From an uncultured Neomegalonema sp. (GTDB lineage: Bacteria; Pseudomonadota; Alphaproteobacteria; Rhodobacterales; Rhodobacteraceae), in assembly GCA_937958345.1 (NCBI GenBank), contig CALGNW010000005.1, positions 1 to 43,607 of the forward strand: a stretch of 43,607 bases of DNA, written 5' to 3'. Every line of letters begins with the position of its first letter. Position 1 is the stretch's first letter. This document shows, piece after piece, positions 1 through 10,294 of this stretch. The notes beneath the pieces are model-generated. The model saw only the letters and a list, made by a program, of their open reading frames with translations. It did not search any database and was not told the origin of the DNA. Made by a program: the position numbers and the translations under genes.

Positions 1-4
1 TGCC

Positions 5-901
5 TCACACCCTAAGCCGGTCTTTTTTGCGCGTCCGCAAACCCGCCAGAGGCTCGACCAAACTCGCGCCCACGATCATCAGCACACCGGCCAGCTCGCG
101 CATGCCAAAGGGTTCATCCACCAACAGCGCGGCTGAAACCGCGCCGACAACAACCTCGGTCATCAACAACAGCGCCACGACGCTCGGGCTGAGAAATTTC
201 GGGGCCCACAATGATGCGTATGTTCCGGGCAGAACGAACAATACCATAAAGAACAGCAGCACCGGCATGACCGGCATTGTCTGTGCCACCGTGGGGATCG
301 CTTCGGGCGCCAGAACCAGCGCCGCGCCCGTCGCGATAATCAGGGACCACACAAAAAAGCCGACCGTCAGATCAATCGACGACCGCGCCTCATCCAAACG
401 CAACCGAACGGTTGTGATTGCCCAGAAAAGTCCGGCGGCCACCCCCAGCCAGTCCCCCAGATTTCGCGGCACGGGAAAACTCAACCCCAGCCCGAAGATC
501 GTCAGCATGCCCAGCGCCGCCAGCGCCAGCGCGATGATCCGGGTTGCGGTAAACGGCTCGCCCAACACAAACCGCGCCAACAGCGTGCACCAGATCGGCA
601 TCAGATAGAACAGCAGGATCGCGCGCACGACGTCGGTATAAACGATGGCCGCAGAGTAACATGTCAGCGCCAGTCCGCTGGAAATCACCGTCAGTTGCAG
701 GCCGATTCCCCCTCCGGCAACCGACCGCCAGCGGGCAATCAGAACCGGAAACAGGCACAGCGCCGGAACCAGAAAATAGACCACTGTGGTCCATAACGGA
801 TGCAGACCCGCATCACTCAGCGCGCGCAGCGGAACCCAGAACAGCCCCCAGCAGGCTCCCGCATACAGGCACGCGATTTTCGCCTTGAATTCGATCGTCA
901 A
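5..901 (-). CDS. EamA/DMT-family (drug/metabolite) transporter
   Basis: 298 aa and about 10 hydrophobic helices. Two-halves architecture typical of EamA-domain permeases. ATG start at 899-901 checked. Confidence 0.8.
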   Translation of the reverse strand: MTIEFKAKIACLYAGACWGLFWVPLRALSDAGLHPLWTTVVYFLVPALCLFPVLIARWRSVAGGGIGLQLTVISSGLALTCYSAAIVYTDVVRAILLFYLMPIWCTLLARFVLGEPFTATRIIALALAALGMLTIFGLGLSFPVPRNLGDWLGVAAGLFWAITTVRLRLDEARSSIDLTVGFFVWSLIIATGAALVLAPEAIPTVAQTMPVMPVLLFFMVLFVLPGTYASLWAPKFLSPSVVALLLMTEVVVGAVSAALLVDEPFGMRELAGVLMIVGASLVEPLAGLRTRKKDRLRV

Positions 902-929
902 TGCCAGATGCCCCCCGGACGGTCAGGGG

Positions 930-1937
930 TCAGCGCGCGGCCAACCGCTTTGCGACATCGACGGCGTAATAGCTCAGCATCCCGTCGCACCCCGCGCGCT
1001 TAAAGGCGGACAGCGCCTCCAATGTCACGGTATCGCGGTCCAGCCATCCGTTGGCCGCCGCCGCCTCCAGCATCGCGTACTCGCCGCTGGTTTGATATGC
1101 AAATGTCGGCACGGCGAATTCGTCTTTCACGCGGCGGCAGATATCCAGATAGGGCATGCCCGGTTTTACCATCACCATGTCCGCGCCCTCGGAAAGATCC
1201 AGCGCCACCTCGCGCATCGCCTCGTCCGAATTCAGCGGGTCCATCTGATAGGTTTTCTTATCTCCCGTCAGCTTTCCGGCGGCCCCGACGGCATCACGGA
1301 ACGGGCCGTAGAAAGCCGAGGCATATTTCGCGGCATAGCTCAGCAGCATGACGTTCTCATGCCCGCCCGCCTCCAGCGCATCGCGCAACGCCCCGATCCG
1401 GCCATCCATCATATCGGACGGGCCGATAATATTCGCCCCCGCCTCGGCCTGCACCAGAGCCTGTTTCACCAACGCCTCGACGCTCAGGTCATTGACGATC
1501 TGATCCCCGACAACAATCCCGTCATGGCCCAGCGCATTATAGGGGTCGAGCGCGACATCCTCCATCACGCCGATCTCGGGCACGGCGGCCTTGATCGCGC
1601 GCGTGGCGCGGCAGATCAGGTTATCGGGGTTCCATGCCTCCTCGCATCCCGGCGTGCGCAGGCTGGCGTCGATGTTCGGAAACAGCGCAACGCACGGAAT
1701 ACCCAGCGTCGCCGCCTCCTCGACCCGCCGCACGGCAATATCAATGGTCACCCGATCCACGCCGGGCATCGACGCGACGGGTTCGATCCGGTTCTCGCCC
1801 TCGATCACAAAGATCGGCCAGATAAAATCCGCCGCCGACAGCGACGCCTCCGCGACCATAGCCCGTGACCAGGGCGCCTGCCGTGTGCGGCGCATGCGGG
1901 TTCGGGGATAACTGGGGTTCGGCGGGGTCTGAGACAT
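930..1937 (-). CDS. hemB: Porphobilinogen synthase (delta-aminolevulinate dehydratase)
   Basis: Strong HemB-like sequence throughout (RRTRQ..., IWPIFV.EG, GIPCVALFP, GPSDMMDGRIGALR, YAAKYASAFYGPFRDA, MVKPGMPYLDI). Start moved to the internal ATG at 1937, which is preceded by GGAAG. The ORF track extends to 1979. Confidence 0.9.
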   Translation of the reverse strand: MSQTPPNPSYPRTRMRRTRQAPWSRAMVAEASLSAADFIWPIFVIEGENRIEPVASMPGVDRVTIDIAVRRVEEAATLGIPCVALFPNIDASLRTPGCEEAWNPDNLICRATRAIKAAVPEIGVMEDVALDPYNALGHDGIVVGDQIVNDLSVEALVKQALVQAEAGANIIGPSDMMDGRIGALRDALEAGGHENVMLLSYAAKYASAFYGPFRDAVGAAGKLTGDKKTYQMDPLNSDEAMREVALDLSEGADMVMVKPGMPYLDICRRVKDEFAVPTFAYQTSGEYAMLEAAAANGWLDRDTVTLEALSAFKRAGCDGMLSYYAVDVAKRLAAR

Positions 1938-2109
1938 CGGACACTTCCGGTTCGGCTGACGGATAGCCTTTTCGGCCATGTGCGCCCTGCGTTGTCAATC
2001 CGCAATCACGGCTCCTAAACGGCATATTAGGCTTTCCGCGATAAAAAACAGCGTACACACGGGGTGGCTGAAGGGATGCAGCCATCGGGATATCGGGGGA
2101 TATACCGGC

Positions 2110-2772
2110 ATGACCAACAATTTCGCACGCACTTTCAAGGTGTTGACTGCATCGGCAATCGCACTGGCGAGCGTCGCGGCACAGGCCAGCAACAATGCCG
2201 GTTCGGTCAGTATCATCGATATGACGACCGACAGCACTGTCAGCAGTGACTTCATCATCACCACCGGCTTTCTGCACGAGCTTGATCTGGTCGCCTTCGA
2301 AGAACCCGCGACCTCCCTCGCCGCCGACGTGCCGGTCTTCGATACGGAATCCGAGGTCCCGAAAAGCGGCTGGGCCGGACTGGTCGAGGTTGATATGAGC
2401 GACGAGGCAACGCTTCCGATGGACGAACTTTCTTCGTTCTCCGACAGCTTCGACACGACCGACCGCGAAAAGAAAATGAGCGGTTTTTACACCATGCGTT
2501 ACGCGTTCAACAGCGACATGCCCTTCCGCCCCTATGCGGGCGCAGGTCTGGGCCTCGTCGCAACCAGCAACGATACGCAAACCTCCGGCGTCTTTGCCGG
2601 ACGCGCAACAGCCGGTTTTGACATGACCGTCGGCAACAACGCCGCGATCTTCGCCGAATACGCCTTCGTCAAAAGCGGCGGCCTCAATATCGGCACGGCA
2701 AACACAACCGCCGCCAGCGCGATCCCAAACACCGAACACAGCCTGAAACTAGGCTTCCGCCGCACGTTCTGA
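2110..2772 (+). CDS. Outer-membrane beta-barrel protein (OmpW/porin-like surface antigen family)
   Basis: Internal ATG at 2110 gives the signal peptide MTNNFARTFKVLTASAIALASVAAQA. The C-terminal half has alternating beta-strand pattern and ends in F (..KLGFRRTF), a typical OMP C-terminal signature. Confidence 0.7.
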   Translation: MTNNFARTFKVLTASAIALASVAAQASNNAGSVSIIDMTTDSTVSSDFIITTGFLHELDLVAFEEPATSLAADVPVFDTESEVPKSGWAGLVEVDMSDEATLPMDELSSFSDSFDTTDREKKMSGFYTMRYAFNSDMPFRPYAGAGLGLVATSNDTQTSGVFAGRATAGFDMTVGNNAAIFAEYAFVKSGGLNIGTANTTAASAIPNTEHSLKLGFRRTF

Positions 2773-2915
2773 TACCGGACGCGGCGACCCACGGGGCGCT
2801 GCGGACAAAACTGCCTCCGATAAAGATTTCCTGCCAAGCATGCTGGCGTCAGCGCCAGGCAAAATGATATGCAGGAATCAGGCGGGTATCGGATGTAGAC
2901 GCGGGATAGACGCAA

Positions 2916-5021
2916 ATGCTGTTCTCGATCAAAGCAACAATTTTGGCGTCGCTGATCGGGCTTCAACTCATTGCAGCCGGAATTATCATCTCGTCATCCT
3001 TTGTAACGTCAGAGGCGGCGATGTTGCATCAGGCCGAACGTTTGATGACCGGGGCCGCAAAGAACACGATCCGTCACACGCGCTCGTTTCTCGCAACTGC
3101 CGAACACGCGGTCAGGCTTTCAAAAGGGCTTCGTCAGGAGAGCGTCTTTGACTCGGAAAACAGAACGGGACTCGAACGGTTCTTCTTCGAGCATCTGAAG
3201 GTTTCGCCGAGTATCAGCGGATTATACTACGGCGATCAGGACGGGCATTTTACATTTGTCAGCCGCTCTTCCGGGGTCGCCGGAGCGGAGTTTCGCACCA
3301 AGCTGATTTCGTCCGCTGACGAGGGCGCGACGATTACATTTCGAAACAGCACGTTCCAAAACGTCGCATCAGAGGCCGATCCCAACGACCTTTACGACCC
3401 AAGGGACCGGCCCTGGTACGAACAGACAATCGCGGCGGGCGAGATAACCTGGACGCCCCCTTATATTTTCTACACGTCCCAGGAGCCGGGCATCAGTGTC
3501 GCCGCGCCGGTGCTTGGCTCTGACGGAACCGTCGAGGGCGTTCTCGGGATTGATATGGAGATATCCTCCATATCGAATTTTCTCGGTCAACTCGGCATTG
3601 GCGATTCCGGCGCGGCGCTGATCCTCAATAACAACGGCGATGTCATCGCCCACCCGGACCCGACGAAAATCAAGAAACTCCGGAACGACGGCGAAACCGG
3701 ATTGAGGTTCGCCAAGATTGACGAAATCGACGATCCGATTGCCAAGGCCGTGGTCAGCACGGTCACGACCGAACAGGGCGCGATTGATTTTTCGGTCGAT
3801 CAGTTTGCCCGCGTCAGTGTTGGCGACGAGGTCTACAACGCCGTCTTCGCGCCTTTTTCAATCGGCAATCTGGATTGGACAATCGCGATCTTTGTTCCGC
3901 AAAACGACTTTCTCGGATCAATCGTCGAAAGCCGCACACAGAACATCATCATCGCCATTTCCATCGCGTGCCTCACGGTCCTGTTGGGGTGGTTGATTGC
4001 GCTGCGCGTCACCTCGCCGCTGACCGCTCTATCGCAATGCGCCGACCAGATAGCGCGCGGGGAAACACCGGACACGCGCTCGCTGCCGGAGAATTTCGTT
4101 GAACTGAAACACGTCTCAACGGCGTTCCGGCGTATGACACGCTGGCTCGACGACTATCGCACCCAGAATTCAAGAATGCATGGCGAGTTGGTCGCGTCGG
4201 CGGAAAAACTAGAAGTCCGTGTCAAAGACCTGCGTGCGGAAATCGTGGAAAGACAACGCGCCGAAGCGCAAAGCCAACAGCTTCAGGGCGAGTTGGCGCA
4301 CGTCACCCGTTTCAGCACCACAGGCGAAATGGCGGCCAGTCTTGCCCACGAACTGAACCAGCCCCTCACGGCAATCACCCAGTATTGCGACCTCATTCTC
4401 AGCACGACGAAATCGGGGGGATACGCCGATCAAGAGGTCACCGAATGCATTGAAGAAATGCAGGATCAGGCCTTTCGTGCCGGAGAGATCATCCGCCATT
4501 TGAGGCAGTTCATACGCAAAGGGGAAACCGATGCCGAGTTGGTAAACCTTGGACAGCTTATCCGACAAACGTCCCGCCTGATCGAACCTCAAGCACGCGA
4601 AAAAAATATTGAAATCGTAATCCAAGCCGATGAAGACGCACCGATGATCCTGATAAACCGAGTCCAGATCGCTCAGGTCCTGGTGAATCTGCTGAGAAAC
4701 AGCGTCGAGGCAATTTCGAATGCCGGTTCAGACGAACGTGTCATCACCATACAGGAAACCCGAACCGGCGATGTTGTTGAAATTTCGGTTCGCGATACCG
4801 GCCCCGGCATCACTTCGGTTGAAAACGCATTTAAGCCGTTCGAAACGAGCAAACCGGAGGGCATGGGCATGGGGCTTTCGATCAGCCGCTCAATCGTCGA
4901 GGCCCATCAGGGACACCTGACCGCCGACCGAAATCTGACTCAGGGTGCGTGCTTCCGCATCACCCTGCCCAACCGCGCCACGCCATCCGTCCAACAATCA
5001 GCAGCCCTACCAGTCCAATAA
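2916..5021 (+). CDS. Sensor histidine kinase (N-terminal TM, dCache-like periplasmic domain, second TM, HAMP, coiled coil, HisKA, HATPase_c)
   Basis: 701 aa. H-box SLAHELNQPLTAI. N, G1 and G2 boxes present (LLRNSVEA, RDTGPGI, GMGMGLSISR). Two TM segments flank a periplasmic region of about 300 aa. Confidence 0.85.
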   Translation: MLFSIKATILASLIGLQLIAAGIIISSSFVTSEAAMLHQAERLMTGAAKNTIRHTRSFLATAEHAVRLSKGLRQESVFDSENRTGLERFFFEHLKVSPSISGLYYGDQDGHFTFVSRSSGVAGAEFRTKLISSADEGATITFRNSTFQNVASEADPNDLYDPRDRPWYEQTIAAGEITWTPPYIFYTSQEPGISVAAPVLGSDGTVEGVLGIDMEISSISNFLGQLGIGDSGAALILNNNGDVIAHPDPTKIKKLRNDGETGLRFAKIDEIDDPIAKAVVSTVTTEQGAIDFSVDQFARVSVGDEVYNAVFAPFSIGNLDWTIAIFVPQNDFLGSIVESRTQNIIIAISIACLTVLLGWLIALRVTSPLTALSQCADQIARGETPDTRSLPENFVELKHVSTAFRRMTRWLDDYRTQNSRMHGELVASAEKLEVRVKDLRAEIVERQRAEAQSQQLQGELAHVTRFSTTGEMAASLAHELNQPLTAITQYCDLILSTTKSGGYADQEVTECIEEMQDQAFRAGEIIRHLRQFIRKGETDAELVNLGQLIRQTSRLIEPQAREKNIEIVIQADEDAPMILINRVQIAQVLVNLLRNSVEAISNAGSDERVITIQETRTGDVVEISVRDTGPGITSVENAFKPFETSKPEGMGMGLSISRSIVEAHQGHLTADRNLTQGACFRITLPNRATPSVQQSAALPVQ

Positions 5022-5621
5022 TTTCGAAACTTCCGCCAGCTCTGTCAGGGATGTTACATCCAGCTTTGCCATTGCGCGGGCACGATGATGCTCGACTGTG
5101 CGGTGACTGATGTCCAACTCGCGGGCAATCGCCTTGTTGGAAAGTTGAGAACCCGAGCCGGTCAACAGCTTCAGAACATCTACTTCGCGGTCTGTCAGGC
5201 GGGCCGCACGTTGGCGTATCGCAACAGGATCTTTTTTAAGATCGGCCCGAACCTTCTGATTGGCAAACGCTTCATCAATACGATCAAGCAGGGCCTTTTG
5301 ACGGAAGGGCTTTTCAATAAAATCCAGCGCCCCCGCGCGCAGGGCCTGAACGGATTGGGGAATGTTTCCGTGACCGGTGATAAAGATGATCGGCAGCTCG
5401 GGTGCTTTTTTACCCAGATGGCGCTGCAACTCCAAGCCGTCCATTTCAGGCATACTCAGATCTAACACAAGGCATCCCGCGCGACTGCTGTCATAGGCGT
5501 TCAGGAAATCCTGCGCGCTTGCAAATGCCTCGACAATATATCCGCGACTTTGCAGCGCGCGCGGCAGTGACTTACGGATCGCGGGGTCATCATCGACCAG
5601 AAAGACTGTCGGCTCAGACAT
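5007..5621 (-). CDS. FixJ/LuxR-family response regulator (REC + HTH_LuxR)
   Basis: 204 aa. Starts VFLVDDD. Has the phospho-acceptor context CLVLDLSMPEMDG and a C-terminal LTDREVDVL....NKAIARELDISHRTVEHHR helix-turn-helix. The stop overlaps the kinase 3' end by 15 nt (convergent). Confidence 0.9.
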   Translation of the reverse strand: MSEPTVFLVDDDPAIRKSLPRALQSRGYIVEAFASAQDFLNAYDSSRAGCLVLDLSMPEMDGLELQRHLGKKAPELPIIFITGHGNIPQSVQALRAGALDFIEKPFRQKALLDRIDEAFANQKVRADLKKDPVAIRQRAARLTDREVDVLKLLTGSGSQLSNKAIARELDISHRTVEHHRARAMAKLDVTSLTELAEVSKLLDW

Positions 5622-5645
5622 GTACGATCCGCTTTCTCTAGGCCG

Positions 5646-6074
5646 TCAATTGCGAAGCAAAACGACCGAACACTTTGCATGACGCATGACGCGGGCCGCA
5701 TTATGTCCGAGCAGAAAATCACCCGAATCCGTGCTTCCCGGTCCGAGAAAGATTACATCGGCAGCGTTCTCTGCCGCCGCCTTTACAATCTCTTTATACA
5801 CCGAGCCGTGTCCGACAAGGTGCTTGTCAACAATCGGCGATCCTGCCTGTTCCGCGACGAAATCCATCAGCGCGGCACGCCCCTGCTCCAGCGCCTTTTT
5901 CTCGTAGTCAGCCGGAAAAAACGAGGCAACCATCGGCATCGAAAAACTGGGCACGACAGTCAGAACATGAAGGGTCGCGCCCATCGTGCTGGCCATTTCG
6001 CTTGCCGCGGCAAACAATCGTTTGGACTCGGGCTCATCCCCCAAATCAAGTGGCAGCAATATCGATTTAAACAC
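5646..6074 (-). CDS. Universal stress protein (UspA family)
   Basis: GTG start at 6074 preceded by GAGGAGG. The product begins FKSILLPLDL and ends GSVYKEIVKAA...DVIFLG..G...LLGHNAARVMRHAKCSVVLL, a USP ATP-binding signature. The longer ORF-track N-terminus is Arg-rich junk that overlaps the permease gene. Confidence 0.8.
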   Translation of the reverse strand: MFKSILLPLDLGDEPESKRLFAAASEMASTMGATLHVLTVVPSFSMPMVASFFPADYEKKALEQGRAALMDFVAEQAGSPIVDKHLVGHGSVYKEIVKAAAENAADVIFLGPGSTDSGDFLLGHNAARVMRHAKCSVVLLRN

Positions 6075-8940
6075 GGGCAGCCTCCTCTTCACGCGCGTTC
6101 GACGCCGGCGCCGCTCTCGCAAGACGACCTTGCTGAAGCCAGTAAATGAAACCAAGCAGCAGCAATGCCGGAATAAAGAACAACTGCCTCGGCGGCTGTG
6201 CGGACGGCACGAGAACTTCTTTGATTTCCTGATCGAAATCGAACCCGGCTTTCTCCGCAGGCGAGTCGAACGTTGCACCGTCAACGATCAGTTTGCCGTC
6301 TTCTTCGAGGAAGTCAGCACCAAACGCCGCAAGGCGTTCCTCGCCATCCGCACCCTCAGGCACGTTGATAATCAACGTCAGGGATACCGGCTCACCAACG
6401 TCATCCAGCCCGTCGGCCTTCAGCCGCACCTCTGATCCGGGCTCCGCTTTCCCGACAATCTCGGACAATTGGGCGGGTGGTTGGGTTTTGTAAGGCGTCA
6501 CAATCATGTCCATCCAGAAACCGGGGCGGAACAGCGTAAAGGCCACAAGGATGAGCGCCAGCGATTCCCAAATTCGGTTCTTCGCAAAGAAATATCCCTG
6601 CATGCCCGCTGTAAAGATCAGCATTGCCGCCGTCGCGATTATGAAAATCGGTATCGCCTGCAAGGCTGTCACATCATAAAGGATCAGATCGGTGTTAAAG
6701 ATGAACAGGAACGGCAACAGTGCCGTGCGCATGCTATAGAAAAACGCGATGAAGCCGGTTTTGATCGGATCACCGCCGGAAACGGCAGCGGCGGCAAACG
6801 ACGCCAACCCGACGGGCGGCGTCACATCAGCCATAATACCGAAATAGAAGACGAACAAATGCACGGCAATGAGTGGCACGATCAGACCGTTCTGTTGTCC
6901 GAGCGTCACGATAACCGGTGCGAGCAGTGACGACACGACGATGTAATTCGCCGTCGTCGGCAGGCCCATCCCGAGGATCAAACTCAGGATTCCCGTCAAA
7001 ACCAGCATCGCCAGAATATTCCCCTGGCTCAGAAACTCGACCAGCGCCGCAAGCACGGCCCCGACACCTGTCTGGCTGACAGCGCCGACAATAATACCGG
7101 CGGTCGCCGTGGCGATACCGATACCGATCATGTTCCGCGCGCCGGTGATGAGACCGTCAATCAATTCATCGAAACCGAGCTTTATCGTCCCTGCGGTGCT
7201 TTCGCGTCGGAAGATCGCCTTCAGAAAGTTCTGCGTCAGCAAAATGAATATCATCAACAGAGTCGCGTAAAACGCTGACAGAGTCGGCGACAGGCGCTCG
7301 ACCATCAAGCACCAGATCAGCAACAACACAGGCAAAAGATAGAACAGACCGGCATTAATCGTTGGGCCCGGCTCCGGCAGTGCCGTGATCGGGGCATTGG
7401 GATCATCCAGCTCGAGCACAGGATAGTTTGAACCGTGCCGAAGCAAAAAGATGTAAGCGACCGCCAAAATACCCGAGATCACCCAGACCGCAGAGTCTCC
7501 GGCAAATGCGCGAACGCCGCCCAAAAGATAGAACAGCACGAACGAACCGACGACCGCATAACCCAGCACTAATGCGCCCATCGACACATAACGCCACTTG
7601 CTGTCTGGGCTGAGACTGCTGTGGATAAAGCGGTGAATGACGACAACCAGTGCCAACGCCGCAAGCGCGGCCAAAGCCTGCTGTACCGGGTCGGTAATCG
7701 ACAGGAACGACGACATCGCCCAGCCGATCGCACCGGCAACAGCAAAGAATGCAGCAGCAGTTGTGAGGAACGCGATCAGCGCCCATTTACCCGGTTTGCT
7801 TTCACCTGCGCGCGGCAGGCCCTGCATATTTGCCTTCATCGCTTCCAGATGAACGATATACACCAGTGCGATGTAGGAAATCACCGCCGGGACAAAGGCG
7901 TGCTTGACGACTTCAAAATAACTGATGCCGACATACTCGACCATCAGAAAGGCAGCGGCCCCCATGACAGGCGGCATGATCTGTCCGTTGACCGACGAGG
8001 CGACTTCGACCGCTCCGGCCTTCTCTGACGAAAACCCGACGCGGCGCATCATCGGAATTGTAAACGTGCCCGTCGTGACGACGTTGGCGATTGATGACCC
8101 TGAAATCAAACCGGTCATTGCCGACGCGACAACCGCCGCCTTCGCAGGCCCACCGCGCAAATGCCCCATCAGGGAGAACGCAACCTTAATGAAGTAATTG
8201 CCTGCGCCCGCTTTCTCCAGCAACGCGCCGAACAGCACGAACAGAAATACCAGATCGGTCGAGACACCCAATGCGATGCCGAACACGCCCTCGGTCGACA
8301 GCCATTGGTGGTCGGCGACCGCGCCGAAACTTGCCCCCTTCCAGGCCAACAAGCCCGGAGCATACGGTCCAAGGAACGTATAGCCGATGAACACAAGCGC
8401 GACCACGGCGAGCGGCGGCCCAAGCGCCCGCCGCGTTGCCTCAAGCAAAATCAGGATACCGACAACGGCGACCCCGATATCAAACCAGTTCGGGTTCGCG
8501 GGCCGGTCAGACAGAGTCGTACCGAAGACCCAGCCCATGTACTGCCGACTGAACAAAAACAGGTAAAATGCGCAAAAAGCTCCGAGGATACCCAAAACCC
8601 AATCAGGAACAGGCACAAAACCTCGGGGAGAATCTTTGAATGCAGGGTAGCTCAGGAAGCAAAGCAAGATTGCAAAGGCGAGGTGAATCGAGCGCGCTTC
8701 GCCCGAGTTAAACGCCGTCATATTCGCAATCCAGCGGGTCGACTCGTACTGCGACAGGATCGAAGGGATCGGGGACGCAAACCAAAGCTGAAACAGGGAC
8801 CACGCCAGTGCCAATCCGGCCATGAGCAAATAAATAGTCCGGTTGCTCGGGTTACGCCCACCCGTGTCGCTTGATGCAACCAGATCATCGAGTTCGGCGT
8901 CGCTTAACGCTTTCCCGGCGGATTCATCTGTCGATGCCAC
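6067..8940 (-). CDS. TAXI-type TRAP transporter fused (4TM/12TM) permease with C-terminal DUF3394-like extracytoplasmic domain
   Basis: 957 aa and highly hydrophobic. DctM-like segments with a soluble insert near the C-terminus, followed by a last TM. GTG start at 8940 with GGGGAGAA upstream. Confidence 0.9.
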   Translation of the reverse strand: MASTDESAGKALSDAELDDLVASSDTGGRNPSNRTIYLLMAGLALAWSLFQLWFASPIPSILSQYESTRWIANMTAFNSGEARSIHLAFAILLCFLSYPAFKDSPRGFVPVPDWVLGILGAFCAFYLFLFSRQYMGWVFGTTLSDRPANPNWFDIGVAVVGILILLEATRRALGPPLAVVALVFIGYTFLGPYAPGLLAWKGASFGAVADHQWLSTEGVFGIALGVSTDLVFLFVLFGALLEKAGAGNYFIKVAFSLMGHLRGGPAKAAVVASAMTGLISGSSIANVVTTGTFTIPMMRRVGFSSEKAGAVEVASSVNGQIMPPVMGAAAFLMVEYVGISYFEVVKHAFVPAVISYIALVYIVHLEAMKANMQGLPRAGESKPGKWALIAFLTTAAAFFAVAGAIGWAMSSFLSITDPVQQALAALAALALVVVIHRFIHSSLSPDSKWRYVSMGALVLGYAVVGSFVLFYLLGGVRAFAGDSAVWVISGILAVAYIFLLRHGSNYPVLELDDPNAPITALPEPGPTINAGLFYLLPVLLLIWCLMVERLSPTLSAFYATLLMIFILLTQNFLKAIFRRESTAGTIKLGFDELIDGLITGARNMIGIGIATATAGIIVGAVSQTGVGAVLAALVEFLSQGNILAMLVLTGILSLILGMGLPTTANYIVVSSLLAPVIVTLGQQNGLIVPLIAVHLFVFYFGIMADVTPPVGLASFAAAAVSGGDPIKTGFIAFFYSMRTALLPFLFIFNTDLILYDVTALQAIPIFIIATAAMLIFTAGMQGYFFAKNRIWESLALILVAFTLFRPGFWMDMIVTPYKTQPPAQLSEIVGKAEPGSEVRLKADGLDDVGEPVSLTLIINVPEGADGEERLAAFGADFLEEDGKLIVDGATFDSPAEKAGFDFDQEIKEVLVPSAQPPRQLFFIPALLLLGFIYWLQQGRLARAAPASNAREEEAARV

Positions 8941-9005
8941 TGAACCATTCTCCCCGCTAAAATTTCAGGTGCAGCCTTTCATTCGACGAAGACCGCTGAA
9001 AAGCA

Positions 9006-9032
9006 GAGAGCCCCGCACTTTGCGGGGCTCTC
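9006..9032 (-). terminator. Intra-operon hairpin (attenuator/terminator) between the TRAP binding-protein and permease genes
   Basis: Perfect 12-bp stem (gagagccccgca / tgcggggctctc) with a 3-nt loop. On the minus strand it is followed by TGCTTTTC. Confidence 0.6.
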
Positions 9033-9045
9033 GTTCGCTGTGCAG

Positions 9046-10014
9046 TTAGAGCCAGCCTTTTTCTTTGTAGTACTTGACCGCACCCGGATGCAGCGGCGCG
9101 GACAGATTGTTCGTGATCATATCCTCTTCCTTCAAATTCGCGAAGGCAGGGTGCATCTTTTTAAAGCGACGAAAGTTCTCGAAAACAGCTTTGACCATTT
9201 CGTAGACAACCTCGTCCGAGGTGTCTGTCGATGCGACAAAGGTCGCGCCGACGCCGAAGGTTTCCGTGTCCTCGTCTGATCCGCGATACATCCCGCCGGG
9301 AATGCTGGTCATCGCGTAGAAGTCGTTATCTTCAGCGAGTTTCTTAGCCGCGTCATTGTTAGCGCTGATAAGTTTTGACTCGCACGAAGTCGTCGCTTCT
9401 TTGATCGTGCCCGCCGGGTGGCCAACGGTAAAGACGATTGCATCGACCTTGTCATCGCAAAGTGCTGCGGCCTGTTCGGCGGACTTAAGTTCAGATGCGA
9501 GTGCGAAGTCACTCATCTCCCATCCCATTTCCTTCATATAAACTTCAAAGGTCGCCCGGGCGCCCGAACCGGGATTCCCGACATTGACACGCTTGCCTTT
9601 GAGGTCATCGATACTGTCGATGCCGGAGTCGGCGCGCGCAACGACAGTCATCGGTTCCGGGTGAACGGAAAAGACGGCCCGAAGATCTTCGTATGCACCC
9701 TCGGGAAACTTGTCAGGCGCGGTTCCGTTATAGGCGTGATACTGCCAATCCGACTGCGCAACCCCCATGTTAATGTCGCCATTGCGGATGCCGTTGATAT
9801 TTGCGACCGAACCACCGGTTGTGTGGGTACACTTGATGTCGTGATCTTTCGTGCCCTTGTTCACAAGTCTGCAGATCGCACCACCGACCTGGTAATACAC
9901 ACCTGTTTGTCCGCCGGTTCCAATCGTGACAAACGTTTCGGCTGACGCCACCGTCACTCCGGCTCCGATCAGAATTGCCGAAACGCACGAAGCACTGACC
10001 AATCTTTTAAGCAT
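9046..10014 (-). CDS. TAXI-family TRAP transporter solute-binding protein
   Basis: 322 aa. Signal peptide ending VASA. TAXI hallmark FVTIGTGGQTGVYYQVGGAIC. ATG at 10014 with GGGAGAA upstream. Confidence 0.9.
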   Translation of the reverse strand: MLKRLVSASCVSAILIGAGVTVASAETFVTIGTGGQTGVYYQVGGAICRLVNKGTKDHDIKCTHTTGGSVANINGIRNGDINMGVAQSDWQYHAYNGTAPDKFPEGAYEDLRAVFSVHPEPMTVVARADSGIDSIDDLKGKRVNVGNPGSGARATFEVYMKEMGWEMSDFALASELKSAEQAAALCDDKVDAIVFTVGHPAGTIKEATTSCESKLISANNDAAKKLAEDNDFYAMTSIPGGMYRGSDEDTETFGVGATFVASTDTSDEVVYEMVKAVFENFRRFKKMHPAFANLKEEDMITNNLSAPLHPGAVKYYKEKGWL

Positions 10015-10294
10015 ACCGTTCTCCCTGAGATTGTTGTTCAGGAATTAAGAAACGATTTTCTGTTGTGGTCAACCGGCCCCGTTGAATCTAAAACTACCTA
10101 GGTAATCTGGGAATGTGGATTAGGGACGGTGGATCAATCTACGCTCCGTCTGTCGCGATTCACCGTCGAAAGACGTCGCGCGGCTTCCCCTTGGCTTTTC
10201 AAAGCCCGACCAAGTCCCAGGGGATGCCGCGCGATTTTTCTGTTATTTGATCGTCCTGTTTTGATGGCCCGGTTTCCGGCGGCGGGCGGTTTAT

